A DNA stretch of 64,000 nucleotides. It comes from Candidatus Woesearchaeota archaeon. GTDB taxonomy: Archaea > Nanobdellota > Nanobdellia > Pacearchaeales > GW2011-AR1. A model generated the notes under the pieces. That model was not told the DNA's origin, did no database searches, and saw only the letters and a program-made list of their open reading frames with translations. The position numbers were made by a program, and so were the translations under genes. The stretch spans positions 210,523-274,522 of the forward strand of contig CAZETU010000001.1 of the NCBI GenBank assembly GCA_964514585.1. Direction: 5' to 3'. Below are positions 48,152 to 58,037 of the stretch, piece by piece. How positions within the stretch are numbered: position 1 is the stretch's first letter; each line of letters opens with the position of its first letter.

Positions 48152-48452
48152 AGTCAGTAGGAAATAGGCCGTGTTCTGTCAAATTCCGTAATCGGACAAT
48201 TTGTACTAACATCTGACTAAGCGGGTGCAATAACCCTTGCATCAATCAGGGTGCTCGTTCCAGCCGAATTAAATCGGATCGTTTCTATACCAGAGCCACG
48301 CCTCGCGACGCACGATTTTCATCGTTAATTCCCCTTCGGGCTTTAGCAAACTAAATTGCTAAGGATGCACGGACCTTCCTCAGCGTCCAGAAATCATTTC
48401 ATTTCTCCAGCCTTTTAGACCAGGACACCGACAGTTAGCTATCCTACTGACT
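48152..48452 (-). ncRNA. rnpB: RNase P RNA
   Basis: CR-I-like GAGGAAGGTCC; CR-V-like ACAGAACACGGCCT; perfect 11-bp terminal helix AGTCAGTAGGA/TCCTACTGACT. Confidence 0.88.
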
Positions 48453-48502
48453 AATATATCAAAGTAAAAAACCTTTTTAAGTTTAGTTGTTCTACAAATT
48501 TC

Positions 48503-48991
48503 ATGATAAACAAAATCAAAGACAACGTCTTTCAATTAGGCTTTCAGATATTCGGCAGCACAGTATACCTAATAAAATTAAACAATCAAAACATTCTAAT
48601 CGACACATCCAGCGAAGAAAACAAGCAAGAACTAATCAACGACTTAAAAAAACTAAATATAACCCCAGAAAAAATAAACATATTAATTCTAACCCACGAT
48701 CATTGGGACCACATAGGGAACAACAGCCTTTTCACAAACGCAAAAATCATAACTAACGAAAACACATCCGACCTCCTACAAGAATTCAAAACAATTCAAA
48801 CTCCAGGTCACACCACAGACTCATTCTGCATCCTCTACGAAGACATACTTTTTTCAGGCGACACGATTTTCCATCACGGTGGCAGAGGCAGAACAGATTT
48901 ACCAGGCGGCAGCGAAGAACAAATATTAAACAGCATAAGAAAATTAAAAGACATAGATTACAAAATATTATGCCCAGGACACATCGATTAA
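48503..48991 (+). CDS. MBL-fold metallo-hydrolase (glyoxalase II-like)
   Basis: [21 protein letters not shown]. Confidence 0.9.
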   Translation: MINKIKDNVFQLGFQIFGSTVYLIKLNNQNILIDTSSEENKQELINDLKKLNITPEKINILILTHDHWDHIGNNSLFTNAKIITNENTSDLLQEFKTIQTPGHTTDSFCILYEDILFSGDTIFHHGGRGRTDLPGGSEEQILNSIRKLKDIDYKILCPGHID

Positions 48992-48992
48992 A

Positions 48993-49409
48993 ATGAAAAT
49001 CCACACAAAACAACTCCACATAAAAACCCCAAACCGAATAGACTTCGTAAACATAACAAACAAAATTCAAGAAATAGTCGACGAATCAGAAGTTCAAGAC
49101 GGCTTAGTCCTAATCAACCCAATGCATATCACAGCCTCAGTCTTTATCAACGACGCCGAATCAGGATTAATTCAAGATTTTAAAGAATGGTTAGAAAAAC
49201 TAGCTCCAAAAAATTTCAACTACCATCACCACCAAACAGGTGAAGACAACGGCTTTTCACATCTCTGGAGAACAATCATGGGAAGAGAAACAACTGTGGC
49301 AATAACAAACGGACAACTCGATTTCGGCACATGGGAACAAATTTTTTACGGCGAGTTCGACGGACAACGCGACAAAAGAATTCTAGTTAAAATAATTGGA
49401 GAACAATAA
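48993..49409 (+). CDS. YjbQ/UPF0047 family protein
   Basis: [29 protein letters not shown]. Confidence 0.92.
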   Translation: MKIHTKQLHIKTPNRIDFVNITNKIQEIVDESEVQDGLVLINPMHITASVFINDAESGLIQDFKEWLEKLAPKNFNYHHHQTGEDNGFSHLWRTIMGRETTVAITNGQLDFGTWEQIFYGEFDGQRDKRILVKIIGEQ

Positions 49410-49440
49410 TTCTTAAATAGTTTGTATTTCTGATTAATTT

Positions 49441-49566
49441 ATGGAAAAACTTGAGATTGCGACAGATATGGACGGCGCAGATCTCCGATGCAAAGGATGG
49501 TGCCACGATTTTAGCCCAGGAACTGTTGGTTACAAAAGTACTCCAGCAATAGAATATTTTGAATAA
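49441..49566 (+). CDS. Putative RiPP precursor peptide (41 aa), absent from the ORF track
   Basis: MEKLEIATDMDGADLRCKGWCHDFSPGTVGYKSTPAIEYFE*; TTAAATA box about 22 nt upstream; 32 nt before the radical SAM gene. Confidence 0.65.
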   Translation: MEKLEIATDMDGADLRCKGWCHDFSPGTVGYKSTPAIEYFE

Positions 49567-49598
49567 ATTTTTATTTAATATTCTAGGAATAACCATAG

Positions 49599-50981
49599 AT
49601 GAAACTTTCCAAATTAGCCAGAATCTACGAATTTGGAGGTGAAGATAAATTTTATTATGTCATCCGCCATAGTATATTAAACAAGTCCTTCATTTTTTCC
49701 GAAGAAGAATATGAACAATTAATTGATTCTTTAAAATCAGGCGAAGACAACGATGTAATTCAAGAGCTAAGAGTAAATCATATAATTGTCGGAAACAACT
49801 ACAAAGAAGAAAAGTTTATCGATTTTTTAAAAGATAATTATAATTCCAACAAATTTAGTTTAGAAATTGTTTATCTAATATTTAATTCCAATTGCAATCT
49901 AAAATGTAAATATTGCTATGTTGAAAAAAGTACAGACCCAAAATTCTCTCATCAATCAATGGATGAGCCTACCTTCGAAAAAACAATGACATGTATAGAA
50001 AGAATAATATCTAAAGCAAACAAAAAGAAAATCAATTTCATTTTTTACGGATCAGAACCCTTAATGGCAAAAGATATGATTTCAAAAAGTCTAGAAAGAA
50101 TATCGGCGGCCTGTAAAAACACAGAAACAGAAACAGAATTTAATATTACGACAAACGGGACATTATTTGATAATCAGATTCTAGAAATATTCAAAAAGTA
50201 CAAAGTCAAAGTTTCGGTGTCACTAGATGGACCAAAAGAAGTCAATGACCAAATGAGAGTGACCCAAGAAAACCATGGAACTTTCGAAGAAATATCCTCA
50301 TCTCTAGAAATGTTAAATGAAAAAGAAATCCCTTTCGGTATATCATGTACGATAGGACCGCATAATATCAACACCCTAAAGGAAAATATAGAACTCTTTA
50401 AAAAAATGGGGGCGACAAGCATCGGGTTCAATATATTACTCAATGCACGTTACTACAAAATTCCTCAAGTGCCATTAAACAAATTAAATGATAATCTTAT
50501 TGCAGCTTCAGAAGTAGCAAGATTACAAGGCATTTATGAGGATCGCGTTCAAAGAAAATACAGAGCATTTCATAATTCAATCCCAAGATTAAAAGATTGT
50601 GGAGGTGTAGGAAATCAACTAGTTTTTTTCCCAAATGGAGACATTGGCGTTTGCGAAGCCCATTTGTGTAATCGAAAATACGAAGTAGGAACCGTCGACG
50701 ACTTTGAATTAGACAACATTAAAAACAATGACATAATAAAACTCTGGACCGAAAGATATCCCCTTAATATGCCTGAATGCACATATTGTCCAGCAATCGG
50801 AATCTGCGGAGGAGGCTGTCCCTTCAACGCCGAAACAAGAATGAAGAATTTAAAAAAACTAGACAAACCATTTTGCATTCACACAACAAAAATTTTAGAT
50901 TGGCTACTGGAAAAATCTGTCTCAGAAAAAACTGGAGAAAAAGACCTTTACATGAGAGACATTTCATTTATGTTCCAATAA
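49599..50981 (+). CDS. Radical SAM/SPASM-domain peptide maturase-like enzyme
   Basis: CNLKCKYC; FYGSEPL; SPASM CGGVG...GVC...CTYCPAIGICGGGC; roughly 60-aa N-terminal extension. Confidence 0.9.
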   Translation: MKLSKLARIYEFGGEDKFYYVIRHSILNKSFIFSEEEYEQLIDSLKSGEDNDVIQELRVNHIIVGNNYKEEKFIDFLKDNYNSNKFSLEIVYLIFNSNCNLKCKYCYVEKSTDPKFSHQSMDEPTFEKTMTCIERIISKANKKKINFIFYGSEPLMAKDMISKSLERISAACKNTETETEFNITTNGTLFDNQILEIFKKYKVKVSVSLDGPKEVNDQMRVTQENHGTFEEISSSLEMLNEKEIPFGISCTIGPHNINTLKENIELFKKMGATSIGFNILLNARYYKIPQVPLNKLNDNLIAASEVARLQGIYEDRVQRKYRAFHNSIPRLKDCGGVGNQLVFFPNGDIGVCEAHLCNRKYEVGTVDDFELDNIKNNDIIKLWTERYPLNMPECTYCPAIGICGGGCPFNAETRMKNLKKLDKPFCIHTTKILDWLLEKSVSEKTGEKDLYMRDISFMFQ

Positions 50982-51015
50982 ATAATTTTAAATGCTGCAT
51001 AACCCTTTGAATTTA

Positions 51016-51465
51016 ATGAAAATAAGAAAAGCAACAAATAAAGATTTTGATCAATATCTAAAATTACGAAAAGAAGACATCTCAGAATACTCCAATTTAA
51101 TAAAAAAGAAAATTTCCTTAGTTCAAGATTTACAAATCAAAAAAGAGTTCGAAGGAATGTCAAAATCAAAAGAGCACCTTATCTTGGTCGCAGAAAAAGA
51201 AGGAAAACTCCTGGGCTATCTCACGGGATCAATTATTAAAAACATTTGGCAAAAGAGCGGCTATGTAGACGACATTTTCACCTCAAAAGAATTAAAAAGA
51301 AAAGGAATCGCCACGCACTTGATGAAATCATTTATTAAATTCCTCAAAGCAAAAAACATCAAAAAATGCAAGCTTGGGGTGAACATAAAAAATAAAAAAG
51401 CAATAAAATTATACAAAAAACTCGGATTCAAGCTTTCTCATTACGAAATGGATCTTTCAATCTAA
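51016..51465 (+). CDS. GNAT family N-acetyltransferase
   Basis: YVDDIFTSKELKRKGIAT, NKKAIKLYKKLGF. Confidence 0.9.
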   Translation: MKIRKATNKDFDQYLKLRKEDISEYSNLIKKKISLVQDLQIKKEFEGMSKSKEHLILVAEKEGKLLGYLTGSIIKNIWQKSGYVDDIFTSKELKRKGIATHLMKSFIKFLKAKNIKKCKLGVNIKNKKAIKLYKKLGFKLSHYEMDLSI

Positions 51466-51476
51466 TCGACAACTAA

Positions 51477-51827
51477 TCAACCAGTCCGCTCTCTTTGCCC
51501 AGCGAGCCTAATAACAAACCTATACTCTTTCTTCCTTTTCGCATGTTTACTTCGATTCCAATTTTGCTTAACATACCTAATATGGGCCTTTCTCCCAGGG
51601 TAGTACTTAACATTTCCCAGGTCAGTTTCCAAATAACACTTCCTTGAACCCCGAGCCGAAAGATAAATACTCCCCCCTGTATATAAATTAGAAATACTAT
51701 CTACATGAACATCAGGGAAACTCCCATCCGGAGCAACAATATCTGCCCGCATCCTTTTAAGAAGACCAGTCACCTTTTCATTTTGCCTATTAGGCAAAAC
51801 TCTCGTTGCAACAATATTATTTCTCAT
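51477..51827 (-). CDS. Orphan hypothetical protein
   Basis: 116-aa basic ORF with its own TTTAAA box upstream. Confidence 0.55.
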   Translation of the reverse strand: MRNNIVATRVLPNRQNEKVTGLLKRMRADIVAPDGSFPDVHVDSISNLYTGGSIYLSARGSRKCYLETDLGNVKYYPGRKAHIRYVKQNWNRSKHAKRKKEYRFVIRLAGQRERTG

Positions 51828-51864
51828 AAAACTACATAAAACAAAACACTTTAAATTTTTCTAA

Positions 51865-52215
51865 TTAAGCAAATTCCCTAACTTCAAAATAATCAGGTCT
51901 TATATTGATTTCAATTTGTTTTCCAAAATGGTTTTCATAAAGATTAACATATCTTAACGCAGCAACCCTAAACCTTCTTGTATTTTGAATAGTAATTGAA
52001 GATCCATCAAGATTAACAAAGCCAGCAACGCCAGACCCTCTTCTCGAATCCCCAAGTTTCCATCTAGTAGCGATAGTCCCAAGTTTCCCAGTTTCCATTC
52101 GAGGACTTCTAGAGTCTTTAGTTATAACAGTATCAGCCCTGTATTGTGGCCCAAAACTCTTACTAACAAATCGATTAACAACCCTAATAGTTTCTTTGTG
52201 ATCTCCAGGCGCCAT
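51865..52215 (-). CDS. Orphan hypothetical protein
   Basis: ORF with a TTATATA box about 21 nt before ATG 52215. Confidence 0.55.
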   Translation of the reverse strand: MAPGDHKETIRVVNRFVSKSFGPQYRADTVITKDSRSPRMETGKLGTIATRWKLGDSRRGSGVAGFVNLDGSSITIQNTRRFRVAALRYVNLYENHFGKQIEINIRPDYFEVREFA

Positions 52216-52286
52216 ACAATCCACAGAAAATTAACCTATATAAGAATTATTGCGATTAACTTCATTAATCTCAATAATTTCATGAT

Positions 52287-52601
52287 TTAAAGAACTTCAT
52301 AAAAATGACCATCACCAGTATATATAAAATGTCTAGCCTTCGTATCATATTTCTTGTTCAACCCAAAACAACCTAGCGCACAACCTCCAAGCATAAGAAC
52401 AATATAAGGCCAAGTATCCCTCAATTTATCACCTGCCTGCTCCACCACTTTATTCAACGGAACAAACTTAAAATCATAATCATCATGAATTTTCTTAGCC
52501 AAGCCAATAGTTCCAGCAGCCTGAATTAAGATACCCAAAATCAAAGCATTTCTTGCAAGGCCACGTCTACTCTTCCTAATATAATCTTTAACCATAAACA
52601 T
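52287..52601 (-). CDS. Orphan two-TM membrane protein
   Basis: Two hydrophobic helices; own TTTTAAG box upstream. Confidence 0.55.
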   Translation of the reverse strand: MFMVKDYIRKSRRGLARNALILGILIQAAGTIGLAKKIHDDYDFKFVPLNKVVEQAGDKLRDTWPYIVLMLGGCALGCFGLNKKYDTKARHFIYTGDGHFYEVL

Positions 52602-52854
52602 ACCAAGAAAAATAACTACTTAAAAGTTACTACACTCCCACATCTCAAATTCCAAAAAAATTATAACGATATTGAGAACAGTATAAGAAATGCACTAAAG
52701 AATAGCTCCTCACCAAGACTTACGTCTTAGTTAAAATCACTATGTCTAGATTTAATCACTTTCTCTCGGAATAAATTCCTCAAAATTAAGTGAAGTGTAG
52801 ATAAATAATATGCTTAATCATCCTCGAGAATAAATTCTCTCAAACAATCAAACA

Positions 52855-55650
52855 AAATGTGGCTTTTAGTAGACGCGAACTGAACAAATCGCGAAAGCTC
52901 AATGCTTACATTCCGTCTCTATCAACGCAGTCTTTTACTGCGGCCTATATTGATTCGTTTTGCGGACCGCTTCGTGCTTAGATGCTTTCAGCACTTATCG
53001 GTATAGTGTGTAGCTGCCCAGCCTGCTCATAACAACTGGTAGACCAGAGACACCGAACCCACGTTCCTCTCGTACTGGAGGGTCCTTCCACTCAATCAAT
53101 AACACATCTAGTAGATATCATACAAACTGTCTCACGACGTTCTTAACCCAGCTAACGATCCCTTTTAATGCGTGAACTCCGACACCCTTGGATGCTTGTG
53201 CACATCCAGGATAGGAAGAGCCGACAGCGATGTACCAAACCGCCCCGTCAATGTGAACTATCGGGGGCGACAAGCCTGTTATCCTTGAGGTACCTTTTCT
53301 GACATTTACCTGACCCATTAAAAGTCATGGTAAGTTCGTTAAGCCCAACTTTCATTCCTGCATCTCTTGCTGTTGAAGATACAGTCAGATAAACTTTTGC
53401 CTTTACACTCTACTCCAGATTTCCGAACTGGATGAGTTTATCTTTGGGCCCCACAGATACATTTTCTGCGGGGTGCCGCCCCAGCCAAACTACCCGCCAA
53501 TTGCTGTCCCAGTAAGGTTAGTGGTTCTATTAAAAATGGGTGGTGTTACACTTTTGCTCCACTTAAGCCGAAACTTAAGCTTCAACGCTCCCACCTACTC
53601 TGAGCATTCATAATAAAATCACAACAACAGGTTGTAGTAAAGGTCTACAAGGTCTTCGCTTCCCACTAGACGACACCGGCCTTTTCACCGGTAAATGATT
53701 TCGGAGGGTGCAAGTTAGGGACAGTGACAACATCGTTAAGCCGTTCATGCACGTCACCATTCAGATGACAAGGCATTACGCTACCTTAAGAGCCTCATAG
53801 TTAGGCCCGCCGTTTGATGGGCTTTCGACAGGTTGAAACCTGTGTTTAGACACCACCACTGGGCAGACTTCACCAAGCATACTTATCCTTTCGGAGCTGC
53901 GCTTAGCTACGTTTTTGGTAAACAGTCGTGCCATCCTTGTTACTGAGATCTACTCCCCCATACAATGAATCATACAAAAGAATAGACATCCCTTCTACCG
54001 AAGATACGGGACTATTTATGCCGAATTCCCTTAACTTGATTAACCCTACACGTCTTAGCCTTCTCAGCTAGGGTACCAGTGCCAGTTCTTGGTACTGCTC
54101 AACTCTTTCTATTTTCCAAACTTTTCACTGACTCTTGGACTCAGCGGATTCTACAGGGATTCTCAAACTTCTCTTCATTACAATCCATAAAATTCTCCAT
54201 GTATATGCCTCTCGGCACTCCACCTATCCGAAAGCGATTTGGAAACTTAACAAAAAAGTTAAGTACAGGAATATTAACCTGTTCTCCGTCGTCACATTCA
54301 GTTAAGGTGTGACTTAGGTGCAGACTAACCCTTGGCTAATTGTTAGTGCCAAGGAAACCGTACCCTTTCGACGTCTTTCGGTTCTCAGAAAGATCAGATC
54401 CTACTCACACCAGGATTCGCATTACTAGTCGCTCCACCCTCGCTTACGCGAAATCTTCTGCGCAACTAATACGCCTGCTTACCATAACATCCAACTGGAT
54501 GTATCCGAAGTATCGGTAATTTGCTTTAGCCCCGTCCATTTTCGAGGCCACTATTCTCAATGGGTGAGCTGTTACGCTTTCTTTAAATGATGGCGGCTTC
54601 TAGACCTACATCCCCACTGTCTCAGAATAATGACTCCCTTCGTTACACTTAGCAAATATTTTGGGACCTTAACTTCGGGCTCCCTTGTTCGGGTTTCGTA
54701 ACGGTATCTTACATACCGTCGCTGTTTCGGGAATTACGCAGTTTACAAGTTCTGAGTTAGAAAAGTTTCCGTAACAATTATGCTCTGCAAAACTTATCTG
54801 TACTTTACCTCATAAACGAACTGTACTCAACTATACCTAGGCATATTTCAGCAGGAACCAGCTATCGCCAGATTAGAATGGCTTTTCACCCCTATTCCCA
54901 AATCATCCGAGTACATGCACGTAACAACGGTTCGGACCTCCATTTCTCTTTCAAAAAACTTCATCCTGTTCAGGAATAGATCATCTGGCTTCAGGTCTTA
55001 CCCGTGTGACTAACGCAATTTCGTACTCGCTTTCGCTTCGGCTTCATTTATTAACCTTGCCACACAAATAAACTCCCTGGCTCGTTCTTCAAAACGCACG
55101 CTACAACTCCGTAAAGCCGTAGCTATTTTGTAACTATTAGATTTCAAGTCTTTTAACTCTCTTGTGAGAGTACTTTTCAGCTTTCCCTCGCGGTACTCGT
55201 TCGCTATCGGACTTAAATTACTATTTAGGGTTAGGAGTTAATTCTCCCATATTCAGACGACTAATCCAAGTCGCCCTACTCTTTTAAGAACTGACATATA
55301 CTCTTCATTTACGGGGCTGTCACCCTCTAAAGCGGTTCTTTCCAGAACACTTCAACTCAAGTACTTAGTCATTATATCTCACCACATCTCTACCCTCGTT
55401 TCCAAGGGAGATTCAGCTTGCCCTGTTTCCTTTTCGCTCGCTGCTAATAAGGAAATCATTATTATTTTCTTTTCCTCCCGGTACTAAGATGTTTCAATTC
55501 CCGGGGTAGCTTTGCCGTTAGGCATTATTGTGTTTCACATTCGGAGATCTAGGGGTCAAAAGTCGCATGCACCTCACCCTAGCATATCGCAGCTTGCCAC
55601 GTCCTTCATCAAAATTTAAGCCAAGCTATCCATCTAATAGTTTCATAGAA
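52855..55650 (-). rRNA. rrl: 23S rRNA (ends approximate)
   Basis: Reverse complement of conserved 23S motifs, e.g. + strand CCTTAAGAGCCTCATAGTTA and CGACAGCGATGTACCAAAC (peptidyl-transferase region). Confidence 0.95.
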
Positions 55651-55865
55651 TCTATCCTTCTTCACTTTGATTTAATCAAATCATTTACCTCCCTCCTAAG
55701 AGGGAAGTGTCTTTAGTGAATTTCTTATACTGTTCTCATCGAATATAAAACTTGTCGCCAAGTTATTCTCAAACTCCCCAAACCAACAAAGTTGAATTCG
55801 GTTCATCGTTAATTTTTTTAAAAGCTTGTTCTGCTTTTTCTTCCCAAAAGAGGGTTGAATATGAA

Positions 55866-55936
55866 TGGACCTGCCGCGAATCGAACGCGGGTATCTTCGG
55901 TGCAAGCGAAGTATTCTACCACTAGACTACAGGCCC
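55866..55936 (-). tRNA. tRNA-Ala (TGC) in the 16S-23S spacer
   Basis: GGGCCTG/CAGGTCC acceptor with G3:U70; CTTCG-ctTGCac-CGAAG anticodon arm. Confidence 0.95.
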
Positions 55937-56186
55937 TTGTCTTTTGGGCATGTTGTCTTCGTGAATTGTCTTGGACAATCCTCTAGACTACGGGCCCATG
56001 TTTCAGTGCTCGTGTCAAACTTGCACTGACTACAAAATGATGAGACCGATGATCAATTCTAACACTTGCTTAATATAATTTAATTTTTTATTTTTGTCAG
56101 TTAAATTCGCAGTGTTAAAATTTCCGAAGTGTACATAAGTACTCGAGGAAAATTTAACCAAGAATTTAACGTCAACAATAAAAAAT

Positions 56187-57628
56187 AGGAGGTGATCCAT
56201 CTGCAGGTTCCCCTACAGATACCTTGTGACGACTTAACCTACCTTGTCATGAAAAGGTTCTTCCCAAAAAGGGCTTCACCCCTACATAACTCGGTTGGTT
56301 TGACGGGCGGTGTGTGCAAGAGACAGGGACTTATTCACCGGACAGTGCTAATATCCGATTACTACGAATTCCATCGTCATGAGGGTGGGTTGCAACCCTC
56401 AATCTGGACTGAGATATGCGTTAGGGGATTAGCTTCTCCTCTCGGAGTCGCATCCATTTGAACATACCATTGCCGCGCGCGTGTAGCCCAGGGGATTAGG
56501 GACGTACTCACCTAACGTAGCCCGCACCTTCCTCCTTGTTACCAAGGCAGTCTCGATAAGGTACCCATTTCTGTAGTAATTATCGACACGGGTCTCGCCT
56601 GTTACCTGATTTAACAGGTCACTTCACAGCACAGGCTGACGTCGGCCATGCATCTCCGCTCAGCGTGTCAGGTAAGCCCTTTAGACTGACCTTCATCCTG
56701 CTGTCGCTCCTGGTGAGGTTCACGGTGTAAAATCTAATTGAACCGCACGCGTCACTCGTTGTATGTCTCCCCGCCAATTCCTTTAAGTTTCGATCTTGCG
56801 ACTATACTTCCCAGGTAGCTCACTCTTCGCCTTCGCTTCAGCACCGAATCCTCCCGAAGAGGGCCCGATGTTTAGTGAGCAGTGTTTACTGCCAGGACTA
56901 CACGGGTATCTAATCCGTTTTGCGCCCCTGGCCTTCATCCCTCACTGTCAGATTCGTCCTCGTAAGGTGCCTTCGCTCATTGTTAGTCCACCGAAGATTA
57001 ACATATTTTACCATTACCTCCGGCGTACTCCTTACGTCTACCGATCTCTAGCCGCTCAGTATCTCCTGCAAGCCCTACGCTTGAGACGTAGGATTTCACA
57101 AGAGACTTAAACGGCAAGCTACGGATGTTTTAGACCCAATAAAAAGGGATGCAACTTGAACTGCTGGTATTACCGCGGCGGCTGGCACCAGTCTTTCCCA
57201 GTCCTTATTCTCCTGGTTTTTTACACTAAGAAAAAGTTTTTCTAAACGAAAAACACTTTGGTTCGCTTTATCACACTTGCGTGCATTGTAAAAGTTCCGC
57301 GACTGCTGCACTCCGTAGAGCTAGGAATAGTGTCTCAGATTCCTTCTCCGGGCAACTCCGCTAAGAGCCCGTAATGATCATTGCCTTGGTAGGCAGTTAC
57401 CCCACCAACAAGCTAATCATACGCAGTCTCATCCTTAGGCTCGAATTTCAAGGTAAATACGTTCCAGTATTTTACCTCTATCAAGTGTTAGCCTCAGTTT
57501 CCCGAGGGTATCCTTGACCTAAGGTTAGATTAACTACGTGTTACTGAGCAGTTTGCCGACTATAAATCAGACTTGCATGTCTAAACCCAAACCAAATAGC
57601 TGCATCCTCCAGCAGGATAAACTGGAAT
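56187..57628 (-). rRNA. rrs: 16S rRNA, archaeal
   Basis: 5' ATTCCAGTTTATCCTGCTGGA; GTGCCAGCCGCCGCGGTAA; 3' GGATCACCTCCT. Confidence 0.97.
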
Positions 57629-58037
57629 TAAACAAAATTGTTTATTTATGAAATAAATTCAAATCCTTTTTGCTTCCAAAAGATTAAAGGTAACCTCTTG
57701 GAATTTGCTACTAATATAAATCAATGTATAATAATATCTAAATAACATAACTACGACATCGCACTGATGTTCCTACCCGATTCAACTTCACAGAATCGAA
57801 TAATAATTATTTAGAAAGATCGCTCCATTGCTTTAAGACATTCTTGCAATTTCAATAATAAATTATTAAAATCACACAACTAGAATTGATCATCATCACA
57901 CTCGACAGAATCGTCGGGCGCTCATTCTAGCCTCAAAATTATCAATTGAAGCCTTGGATATTATCTCCAAAGTTATCATTTTGTAATATTACGGACAAAA
58001 ATCGATTTATAAATGTATCGATAAAATAAGAACAAGA

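Noticed and set aside
49387-49596. Minus-strand 69-aa ORF upstream of the radical SAM gene
   Set aside because: Antisense to the co-oriented 41-aa peptide ORF, which has the promoter spacing and operon context.
52640-52855. 5S rRNA downstream of the 23S
   Set aside because: No 5S-like sequence was recognised; the region looks like the AT-rich processing-stem flank.
53118-57311. ORFs inside the rRNA operon
   Set aside because: They overlap conserved 16S/23S sequence. The rRNA lengths leave no room for introns or homing endonuclease genes.
57780-57980. Possible small ORF or recoded gene upstream of the 16S
   Set aside because: All frames have multiple stops of different types; more likely rRNA leader or promoter region.
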